Shown here one piece after another: positions 26,192 to 34,333 of a DNA stretch of 46,565 nt. The notes beneath the pieces are model-generated. The model was not told where the DNA came from, did not search any database, and saw only the letters and a program-made list of their open reading frames with translations. Position 1 is the first letter of the stretch. Every line of letters starts with the position of its first letter. The stretch covers positions 1 to 46,565 of the forward strand of contig CAZDJQ010000003.1 of NCBI GenBank assembly GCA_964505765.1, read 5' to 3'. Made by a program: the position numbers and the translations under genes. Source of the DNA: an uncultured Gammaproteobacteria bacterium. GTDB lineage: Bacteria > Patescibacteriota > Microgenomatia > UBA12405 > JAHJSD01.

Positions 26192-28795
26192 TTATTCTTC
26201 CCTCCTTATTTCCAGGCCTTCTTTGGCCAGGAATTCTGGTATCTTACGCACGGTGGCTCGATCCCACTCTTTGACGTCGTCAGGAAGCTCTGACCAGCTC
26301 ACAAGATAAGGACTCTTCTTCTTGGCAGTATCTTTTTTCTCTCCCCATCTCCACCCTTCAAGCAGTCTTTCGACATTCCACCGCCCATGCTCCATTTCTG
26401 CCAGAAACTCAACCTCGTCTTCGGTGAACGATAGTAACCTGATTTTTCGATCGGTTACTTTTTGCGCTGTACACCCAATATGACGAAGCTTCTCGAAAAT
26501 GTGGTCAGCCTGTTGAGCATTAGATTCCTTCAAATTAACCGGCAATTTCTCCCAGTCCGCCATCGCCGGATCGTCGGTCTTTAGACCATCCTTTTTGGTG
26601 CGTCGATACTCCTCATGAATTTCCTTAGCCAGTGTCTTCCTAATATCTTCCGCCAGTTTGGAAGCTCCCAAACCGATGAAAGCCCTAACCGTCATAGCAT
26701 CAGCAGGAAGAAGTGCCAGATTTTTCGAATCGACCCACTTTTCATCTTGAAGTAACTTGGCTGCCTCTCGTCCGCTTTCTTCTGCAACCCCCACTGTGGC
26801 TCCCAGAGCTAAGGCAATTCTGTATTCAATGGCTGAAATCATGCCCCCGTTAATACCGAAAACTTTAACCTGAGATGGATCAATGCCGGCAGAAATTATA
26901 TCAATCCAATTTTGCAAGGGCTCCATTGGACTAAAGCCGCTTCCCTCAGTTTTACGAAGTTCGCTGTACCTCCGGTCAACAGTGGCATCAGGGGGGATAA
27001 GTTTAGGAATATAACCAATCGTCCGGATTTTCTCCCGATATTTTTCTCCTGTTTCACCGACCAATCCGCTTATCCCTTGCTTTGTCCCTCCACTTATTAC
27101 CGTACCCTCATATTCTTTAAAACCTTCCTGCATTAAATGTCTGTAGGCTTTCATCTGTTCTTCAATAGATGGGTCACAGCCACCGGCCACAATAACAACA
27201 GGTCCTTGAATAGATTCGTACTGACTTAAGGTCAGCTCTCTTGCCTTCTCTATTGCTTCTTTAGCCTCTTTTGCTTTTTCTTTCTGTTTTTTAATTTTCT
27301 TTGTCTTCTCTTTTTCTTCTTTGCTTTCTTTGACTTCCTCAAGAGTTTCCTTGGCTTTTTTCTCAGCCCTTGATGCTTTACCAATTAAAAGCAATCGCCG
27401 GACCCATTCATACCCTGAGAGCTCATTGGCAACATTTTTGAGTCTTTCCAATGAGGCAAGTGCCGTCTCAATCATAAAGAGTGCCGAACTGATTTGGATG
27501 GCTTTTGCGTAGGCTTCAAGGCTTTTATAAGGCTTGTTTAATAAAAGATAAAACTTGCCCATCATATAAAAGGCCCATGGCAGATTAACGCCAACATCAG
27601 CCTGGTCATTACATCTCTGGATAGCTGAGGTAATCACAGGACTCAAGAGTGAGACTATGGATGTATTCCTGGCTTGAGAAATTTCTAAATCCAAATAGTT
27701 CTCCAATGGATACGGGTCTGACGGATCTAGTTCAAAAGCATGACGGTATAGCTTTCGCACCTTTTCTTCGTCGATTCCCTTCCAGGTGCCGGCCAGGGAA
27801 GCCAGGGCATCCACGTCTTCATTGGGGGGCTCGCATGCCTTCTCCAGATAGCGCTGGCCTTTCTTAAAGCGGCGGCCATTGGGTCTGTGTTTGTTCATTT
27901 TACAAAGAGCAACACCCAGGTCTCTCAGGATAGCCGGCTCCTCTGAATCACGGTACTTGGAAAGCACCTCATCGGCCTTCGGCCAGTCTCCAAGGGTAAT
28001 GGCTAACTTTCCGATGCGGCCGGCGATTTCCACGTTATCAGAATCGTGTTCCAGGATTATCTCCAGCAATTTTATTTCATCCTGCATTTGTTCTTCAGTC
28101 ATGTAAGCCCCGTAGCTTGCGGCGTAGGCGGATAACCCCTCTTTTATTTTAGAAAAGTTTTTATCTGCGCTTTCCAGCATTGCCGCTACCCCGGCAAATT
28201 CGCGCTCCCACTTTGAGGGTATTTGAAAAGAACTTTTATAAGCCAACACATGGGCCATATCCGCCCAAGCGTGCTCAAGAATGGTTCTCACCTGGACTTC
28301 AGCCCATGGATTAGGAAATTTCTTTTCATCCAACAGCACCGGCGGCACCTCTACCTTGACATCTTTATTGGGAAAAACCCCAGGCCTAAATTTGATAATA
28401 TAGTGCACAGAACGGTAACCAAACTCAGTGGGTTTTAGCCGTTGACTAACATCTATTGTGTTATCTTCATCAATCCGGAAATTATTCCTGATAAACTCAG
28501 ATATGGCTCTAACTTCATCAGCGGTATGAACAATGACTCGCCCACCACACAAGTCAGTCAACTGATTTACCGGATCTTTATACTTAGCCTTTTTCCGCTG
28601 ACATTTTTCGGCAAAACTGGCAATGGCCTTGGGCCTTGTTTGCACAATAGCCAAAGGGGCAAGCTTTTTTGCTACTTTTTTGAGAACCTGTTCCAAGACT
28701 TCAGCGTAGAGCTTATAATTATTGTAACGCCTTTTATATTCTTCAACCTGCTGGCGGGTCCATTCTTTGCATTTAATATCTGTTTTCTTAGTCAT
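26192..28795 (-). CDS. RelA/SpoT-type nucleotide pyrophosphokinase - TPR - SLOG-like - RyR-domain fusion protein
   Basis: - N-terminus: TRPKAIASFAEKCQRK...LTDLCGGRVIVHT...EFGYRSVHYIIKF...AEVQVRTILEHAWADMAH, the RelA_SpoT synthetase fold.
- Middle: TPR-like helices and a K/E coiled coil.
- Then: VVIVAGGCDPS...GTVISGGTKQGISGLVGE...GINGGMISAIEYRIALALG, a LOG/SLOG-type Rossmann domain.
- C-terminus: MEHGRWNVERLLEGWRWGEKKD..KKKSPYLVSWSELPDDVKEWDR, a RyR repeat. Confidence 0.8.
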   Translation of the reverse strand: MTKKTDIKCKEWTRQQVEEYKRRYNNYKLYAEVLEQVLKKVAKKLAPLAIVQTRPKAIASFAEKCQRKKAKYKDPVNQLTDLCGGRVIVHTADEVRAISEFIRNNFRIDEDNTIDVSQRLKPTEFGYRSVHYIIKFRPGVFPNKDVKVEVPPVLLDEKKFPNPWAEVQVRTILEHAWADMAHVLAYKSSFQIPSKWEREFAGVAAMLESADKNFSKIKEGLSAYAASYGAYMTEEQMQDEIKLLEIILEHDSDNVEIAGRIGKLAITLGDWPKADEVLSKYRDSEEPAILRDLGVALCKMNKHRPNGRRFKKGQRYLEKACEPPNEDVDALASLAGTWKGIDEEKVRKLYRHAFELDPSDPYPLENYLDLEISQARNTSIVSLLSPVITSAIQRCNDQADVGVNLPWAFYMMGKFYLLLNKPYKSLEAYAKAIQISSALFMIETALASLERLKNVANELSGYEWVRRLLLIGKASRAEKKAKETLEEVKESKEEKEKTKKIKKQKEKAKEAKEAIEKARELTLSQYESIQGPVVIVAGGCDPSIEEQMKAYRHLMQEGFKEYEGTVISGGTKQGISGLVGETGEKYREKIRTIGYIPKLIPPDATVDRRYSELRKTEGSGFSPMEPLQNWIDIISAGIDPSQVKVFGINGGMISAIEYRIALALGATVGVAEESGREAAKLLQDEKWVDSKNLALLPADAMTVRAFIGLGASKLAEDIRKTLAKEIHEEYRRTKKDGLKTDDPAMADWEKLPVNLKESNAQQADHIFEKLRHIGCTAQKVTDRKIRLLSFTEDEVEFLAEMEHGRWNVERLLEGWRWGEKKDTAKKKSPYLVSWSELPDDVKEWDRATVRKIPEFLAKEGLEIRREE

Positions 28796-28823
28796 GAAAA
28801 TTCCTCCGTTTTATTTTATTCAT

Positions 28824-31409
28824 CTATTTAAAAATCGATAACTTCCCTTTGCATGAAGGACATTCATCTAAACCTTCAGCGGTTTGAAAATAGATTGACT
28901 TTCCACAGTGGGGGCAGGTAAATACTTTGGCTGTCAAGCTTGCCCAGAATAATATTATGGCAAAAAGGATCAGCGGCCCACCCAACAGCCATAGCCATGG
29001 GGAGAGCCGGGTCAGTGCATAGCCGCCCCCAGCCAGCAGTACAGCCATCGCTGTAGTAAGCAGTTTTGTCCAGCTGACGCTTTTTCTCTCAGCTCGTGAA
29101 GGAGCTCTACGTACCTTTGGTTTCACCTCCGGTATTGGTGGACGGGGCTTTGGTGGGGAATCCGTGACCTGCTCAGCCTTTTCCCCAGTAGCGGTTTCTT
29201 TTTTGTTCGGCAGGATGGGTTCATTGTTCCTAACATTTGAAGTGACAACCTGATTTGTCTCCTGTTTAAACGGCTCTCTGTAATATCCGAAAATTTCAAG
29301 TATATATACGTTCCCTAAGTTGTCGCCCGCGGCAATCATATTTCCATTGTGATTAAAATGGCAACCTCGGATATATCCGAGAGCTGGATATATGTCTAAT
29401 AGTACTCCCGTCTCAGTATCCCAAAGTCGTATAGTGCTATCGGCACTTGTTGAGGCAATTATTTTACCATCAGGACTAAAAGCACAGGAGAGCACCACAT
29501 TTGTGTGTCCGTTAAGAATGGCCTTTTCTTCAACTCTTTGTGCGTCAAACAACCGAACCGTTTTGTCATGGGACAATATAACCATTTGTCCATCAGGGCT
29601 AAATGCACAGCAGTAGACATCACCTACGACATTTCTGCCGGTTTTAAATTTACCTGTCTGAGCATCCCATAGTCTTAATGCCCCACCATCAATCGCAGTG
29701 GCGAGGATTTTCCCATCCGGACTAAAAGCACAACATTTACTAACTCTGTTTTGTCCTTTAATAACAACCTTTTCCTCACCCGACCTAGAATTCCATAACC
29801 TAATTGTAAAATCTCTACTTGTGGATGCAATTAGCTTTCCATCGTGACTGAAGGCACATGATACAACCGAATCTTCATGTCCTTTGAAGACTGCTTTTTC
29901 ATCACCTGTTTGAGAATCCCAGAGCCTTATTGTTTCATCTTCGCTTGCTGATGCAAGTAATTTTCCGTCAGGATGAAAAACACAGGAATTAATGTCTCCC
30001 GTATGGCTTAAAAAGACAGCCTTTTCTTCTCCAGTTTGGGAATCCCAGATCCTGATGCTCTTATCATCACCTGCCGAGGCAAGTATTTTTCCGTCGGGTC
30101 TGAAGGAGCAGGAATTGATCCAATAGAAAGGGCCTTCGAGAGTAGCTTTATCTTCACTTCTTTGAGTATCCCATAGCCGCGCTGTAAAATCTTTACTTGC
30201 TGTGGCAATTATTTTACCATCAGTACTGAAAGCACAAGCGTTGACAGAGTGTATGTGACCTTTTAGGACGGTCTTTTCTTCACCGGTTTGGGAATCCCAT
30301 AACCTTACTCTCCAATCTTCACTTGCGGAAGCAACCATTTTGCCATCCGGACTAAAGGCACAGTATGTCACCCTGTTGGAATGGCCTCTGAGGGTTAAAA
30401 CCTTCTCATCAGTCTTGACATCCCAAAGTAATACATTTCTTGGATTAGAACCCATACAGACTACTTTGTTACCGTAAGGGGAATAACAGCCTGTTGCCTC
30501 ATAGGAAGAACCATATTTTAATTTGAATCCAGCCTTTCTTCTTTCTGTTTCAACATTCCAGAGCATCACAGCGTAGAGACCTACAGATACGATTGTCTTT
30601 CCATCGGAACTAAAGGCACAGAATATAACTGCCGAAGTGTCGCATTTGAGGATAATTAGTTCTTTACCATTTTCAGCATTCCATAACCTTACAGTCTTAT
30701 CACCTGCAGAAGCTAGCATTTTCCCATCGTGGCGAAATGCACATAATAAGACGGGGTCGGTGTGACCTTCAAGGACGGCCTTTGCTTCACCGGTTTGAGA
30801 ATCCCATAGCCGCGCTGTGCAATCTTTACTTGCTGTGGCAATTATTTTACCATCAGGGCTGAATGTACAATAATTAATAGTCTCAGTATGGCCTATGAGA
30901 ATAGTTCTTAATTGGCCCGTTTTAGCATTCCAAAGCCTTATGGTACAATCTTTACTTGCTGTGGCAATTATTTTACCATCAGGGCTGAAGGAACAAAAGT
31001 TTACATTTTGGGTGTGGCCTCTGAGAACCGCTTTTTCTCGGCCGGTTTTCACATCCCAGAGCCTTATTGTCTTATCAGCACTTGCTGTAGCAACAATATT
31101 TCCGTCGGGACAAAAATCACAATAGTTTACAATGTGGGTATGGCCCTTGAGGATCAATAAAAATGCCTCGGACTCACTAGTCCTGCATTTGTTGTGAAAC
31201 CAGGACTTGGAACCGGGAGAGATCATCCTCTCGAATTCTGGGGCTATCAAATTTGAAACCGGCCCTTCTTTCCCTTCTCCATCCACCCACTGCAGCCGGT
31301 TATACATCTGCTGCCAGAGAATATCAGGCCGCTCCCGCAGGTTGTGAAGCTCCTGGCCTAAAACTCTGGCAAAAGCCTCCAGGACTGTTTTTTGTTCAGA
31401 ATGTTTCAT
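28824..31409 (-). CDS. WD40-repeat protein with adaptor helix, two C-terminal TM helices and a CPxC..CPxC zinc ribbon (W3)
   Basis: 861 aa. The N-terminus carries ELHNLRERPDILWQQMYNRLQW, followed by about 14 WD40 repeats. The tail has two hydrophobic helices (LLTTAMAVLLAGGGYAL, LLGGPLILFAIILFWASL) and then FTCPHCGKSIYFQTAEGLDECPSCKG. Confidence 0.9.
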   Translation of the reverse strand: MKHSEQKTVLEAFARVLGQELHNLRERPDILWQQMYNRLQWVDGEGKEGPVSNLIAPEFERMISPGSKSWFHNKCRTSESEAFLLILKGHTHIVNYCDFCPDGNIVATASADKTIRLWDVKTGREKAVLRGHTQNVNFCSFSPDGKIIATASKDCTIRLWNAKTGQLRTILIGHTETINYCTFSPDGKIIATASKDCTARLWDSQTGEAKAVLEGHTDPVLLCAFRHDGKMLASAGDKTVRLWNAENGKELIILKCDTSAVIFCAFSSDGKTIVSVGLYAVMLWNVETERRKAGFKLKYGSSYEATGCYSPYGNKVVCMGSNPRNVLLWDVKTDEKVLTLRGHSNRVTYCAFSPDGKMVASASEDWRVRLWDSQTGEEKTVLKGHIHSVNACAFSTDGKIIATASKDFTARLWDTQRSEDKATLEGPFYWINSCSFRPDGKILASAGDDKSIRIWDSQTGEEKAVFLSHTGDINSCVFHPDGKLLASASEDETIRLWDSQTGDEKAVFKGHEDSVVSCAFSHDGKLIASTSRDFTIRLWNSRSGEEKVVIKGQNRVSKCCAFSPDGKILATAIDGGALRLWDAQTGKFKTGRNVVGDVYCCAFSPDGQMVILSHDKTVRLFDAQRVEEKAILNGHTNVVLSCAFSPDGKIIASTSADSTIRLWDTETGVLLDIYPALGYIRGCHFNHNGNMIAAGDNLGNVYILEIFGYYREPFKQETNQVVTSNVRNNEPILPNKKETATGEKAEQVTDSPPKPRPPIPEVKPKVRRAPSRAERKSVSWTKLLTTAMAVLLAGGGYALTRLSPWLWLLGGPLILFAIILFWASLTAKVFTCPHCGKSIYFQTAEGLDECPSCKGKLSIFK

Positions 31410-31439
31410 TTCTCGTCTTTGAAAAAGTTATCATTCATA

Positions 31440-32189
31440 TTAAGCAAGATCGGATTCCGGCAGCAGTTCCGTCGATTTGAACTGCACCCTGATTTTTCCA
31501 CTGTGACTCATCTTTCGCTTCACCCGGTTGGCTGAAATGAAAGATTGCTCCAGAATTGAAACAAACTCCAGCGGTTCTTCCTCTTCAACCCTGAGGATCC
31601 AGTCTGTACCGGGAGCGGGAGGCGTCGCCGTGTTCTTTTTCTGACCAATAACCGACAATTCTACTTTGTGTCCCCTGAACTCAAACTCCCAGAATGAACT
31701 GTTCGTACCCCTGTTGGAAACTGGCTTGACGCCCAGGCGTATCTGCAGCCACTCCAGGAGCCGATCCTCAAAGGCGTCTGCCACAGGGTCGCCAGAACGA
31801 ACAGCTCGAACAAGATTGTTCCTCAAAGACTCATCGGGCTCGTCGCCGTCCTTGTTGAAACCATGATTTTCCACCGGCTTTATCTCTTGGATCGTTTGGG
31901 GATTTACCGGAGAAATCCTGGCTTGCTTTGCCTTTTTCCGTTGGCGCCTTCGGAGCTGCCACCATGGACGCTTCTGCGATGATCCCTCTATCGTAACCTT
32001 GAATCCACAATTTGGACAATAAAAATTGTTTTTTTCGACACAGCGATCACAATGTATAAAACCACAATTTCCACATTTTGCATAATGCATGGCCATTGTG
32101 TCCGGATTTTCTTTCGCTACAGGATTCCCTCCCGGGATCTCCGAAAGGGAAATAAACCTGTTACATGACGGACAAATGTTAATACCCAT
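31440..32189 (-). CDS. zinc-ribbon protein with unknown C-terminal domain
   Basis: 249 aa. The N-terminus has ICPSCNRF, KCGNCGFIHCDRC and YCPNCGF (three to four CxxC pairs), then a basic linker and an unrecognised domain of about 130 aa. Confidence 0.55.
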   Translation of the reverse strand: MGINICPSCNRFISLSEIPGGNPVAKENPDTMAMHYAKCGNCGFIHCDRCVEKNNFYCPNCGFKVTIEGSSQKRPWWQLRRRQRKKAKQARISPVNPQTIQEIKPVENHGFNKDGDEPDESLRNNLVRAVRSGDPVADAFEDRLLEWLQIRLGVKPVSNRGTNSSFWEFEFRGHKVELSVIGQKKNTATPPAPGTDWILRVEEEEPLEFVSILEQSFISANRVKRKMSHSGKIRVQFKSTELLPESDLA

Positions 32190-32273
32190 TTTTTTGCCTC
32201 CTCAAGAGCCCGTTGAATAATGACTTATTAAATAAAATCGTTAAATCCAACGATTTCCCGGATAGAACGACTG

Positions 32274-32498
32274 TCAGAAGTGGTAAATAATCGCTCTCTC
32301 TCCGAGATGCTCCTTTTGAACATTAGGGTCTTCACATACAGCAATATCTACTGTCTTATCCGGATAATTGGCCTTGCGGTACTGTTCTGCCGGCAAAATC
32401 TGGTTTTCATGCCAGACCAGCATAACCACATCAGCCTCTCCTTTGTACATATCGCTTTTATTTAGATGATAAACCTCGTTGAATCCATATTTTTCCAT
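32274..32498 (-). CDS. small hypothetical protein
   Basis: 74-aa ORF in operon register (17 nt from the upstream gene). No family recognised. Confidence 0.4.
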   Translation of the reverse strand: MEKYGFNEVYHLNKSDMYKGEADVVMLVWHENQILPAEQYRKANYPDKTVDIAVCEDPNVQKEHLGERAIIYHF

Positions 32499-32515
32499 TT
32501 ATTCCTCCTGTCCAA

Positions 32516-34324
32516 TTAAATCCTCCGGTAAATTTGAACGCCGGCCTGGGCGAGAAAAGAAGGAAGACCCCGAATCATATTCCGATCATACTCTTTAATC
32601 TCCTCGGAAAGCTTTTCCCATGGAACAAGATGCGGACTGGTCTTCTTTTTAATATCTTTATTCCCTGGAGCATAAGACCAGCCTTGTCGGCGTCTCTCGT
32701 CACACCAGCGTTCATGCTCCATTTCAGACAATTTCTCCATTTCTTCCAGTGAAAATTCAAAATCGAATGCTTTCCAATCGGTCAAGGGCTGGATGCCGCA
32801 GCCGATAGCTTTCAGTTTCACTTCAATATGAGCAGCCTGATGCCGGTTTGATTCTTTTAAATCCTCCGGCAAGTTATTCCAATCGACCATTGAAGGGTTC
32901 GTCTCAGGGGTTTCGCCGGCTTTCTTCTGATGGCGGACATAGTCCTCGTGGATAGCCTGAGCCAGGATTTCATGTGTCCCCCCTAAAAGTGCCTCCAGGC
33001 TGCAGGTTTTATCGAGCAAGCCAAAGGCATGAAGCTGGTTTAAATCAAGAGCTTCGCGGTCTTCTTTGATTAATTTGGCCAACCCGGCTTCCTGGCTCAT
33101 ACGCATCACAATCGGCACCTTGTGTTTTTTGGTTCTCCGGTAAAGGGTTAAGGCGTTTACCAGGACATGGACATCATCATCAAAGCAAATATAGACCGCA
33201 TCTACATCAAGATTGCCTTTGGAATCATAGAGAAAATCGCCTCTTTCAAACTCCAACGCATTTTTTTCCATTTGCCGGATATCAAACTCACAGGCCTTAT
33301 CAAGCTGGGGATATTGCAAACACAGAATTTCCACTTTTTTTTCAGCATCTCTGTCAATCACTGCAATCCGCAGCCGCCCGCCGTTTTTTTCCCGCTTCAT
33401 CCACCAGTTTCTGGCCGCCTGGACAACCAGGCTTCTTCCCATCTTACCCAAACCGACAATCAGCATCCTTGGATACCTGCCGCCTGCTTCAATTTCTCCC
33501 TTAAAGGGTGGATGCTCCCTTAGCATGAGACGAGCTCCTTGTTCGAGAACATTGAAAAGCTCCAATCTAAAAGCATCCGCTTCAGCAGCCAGCTCCCATC
33601 CCCTTAGCAAATCGCACAATTCAAGGTCGACAATATGAACAAATGCAGTAAGAGCTTTTTCTTTCCGATAGCGAACTATATCGCGGGCCTTAAGAGCTAT
33701 TTCTGCATTGGTCCCGTCATCAGCACAAACTGTGATGAGGTATTTTGCCCTGTGAACCCTTGCCTTGCGAAGCAGATTTTCGTCTGTTGCATCTCCGATT
33801 AAGACAACTGCTCCCTGTTTCCGGCATTGGTCAATCAAAGGATTTTCCTCATCTTCCTCAACTAACACTACTTGATACCCATGTTCTAAGAACTGCTGAG
33901 ACAAACGCAGTCCTCTTTCTCCAAGTCCACAGATCACAATATGATTCTTAAGAAAACGAACCTTCAGCAACTGCCACTGCTGGCTGAAGACAGCTAAAAG
34001 AGCCTGAATTGCAGCATAAGCAGCCACAGCCGGCATCAAAAATCGGGCTGCCTCAAGCTGCCAGGGAATAGTTCCTCCCACATCGCCGGATTCTAATATC
34101 ATGAGCTGCACAGTTCGGTATGTAATGTCGAATATTGTACTACCTTCCCCTATTGCCAAAGAATATCTGTAAAAACCAATATATCCCAGAACAAAGCCAA
34201 TTATCCAGATTGCCCCAACCAAAGGCCATTCAATGTCATGCCAAATCGGATGAAGCCGTTTTCTTTTAAAGGCCCGGAGGCGATTACGCCAGTTTTTTTT
34301 ACTTCTTCGTCCTTCTTTTGCCAT
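32516..34324 (-). CDS. channel-like membrane protein: 2 TM with pore-like loop - tandem RCK/TrkA-N Rossmann domains - RyR domain
   Basis: The two TM helices flank YRTVQLMILESGDVGG (in pore-loop position, but not a K+ filter). The Rossmann motifs are HIVICGLGERGLRLSQQF and MLIVGLGKMGRSLV. The C-terminus reads MEHERWCDERRRQGWSYAPGNKDIKKKTSPHLVPWEKLSEEIKEYDR (RyR repeat). Confidence 0.72.
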   Translation of the reverse strand: MAKEGRRSKKNWRNRLRAFKRKRLHPIWHDIEWPLVGAIWIIGFVLGYIGFYRYSLAIGEGSTIFDITYRTVQLMILESGDVGGTIPWQLEAARFLMPAVAAYAAIQALLAVFSQQWQLLKVRFLKNHIVICGLGERGLRLSQQFLEHGYQVVLVEEDEENPLIDQCRKQGAVVLIGDATDENLLRKARVHRAKYLITVCADDGTNAEIALKARDIVRYRKEKALTAFVHIVDLELCDLLRGWELAAEADAFRLELFNVLEQGARLMLREHPPFKGEIEAGGRYPRMLIVGLGKMGRSLVVQAARNWWMKREKNGGRLRIAVIDRDAEKKVEILCLQYPQLDKACEFDIRQMEKNALEFERGDFLYDSKGNLDVDAVYICFDDDVHVLVNALTLYRRTKKHKVPIVMRMSQEAGLAKLIKEDREALDLNQLHAFGLLDKTCSLEALLGGTHEILAQAIHEDYVRHQKKAGETPETNPSMVDWNNLPEDLKESNRHQAAHIEVKLKAIGCGIQPLTDWKAFDFEFSLEEMEKLSEMEHERWCDERRRQGWSYAPGNKDIKKKTSPHLVPWEKLSEEIKEYDRNMIRGLPSFLAQAGVQIYRRI

Positions 34325-34333
34325 TATTCTCCT

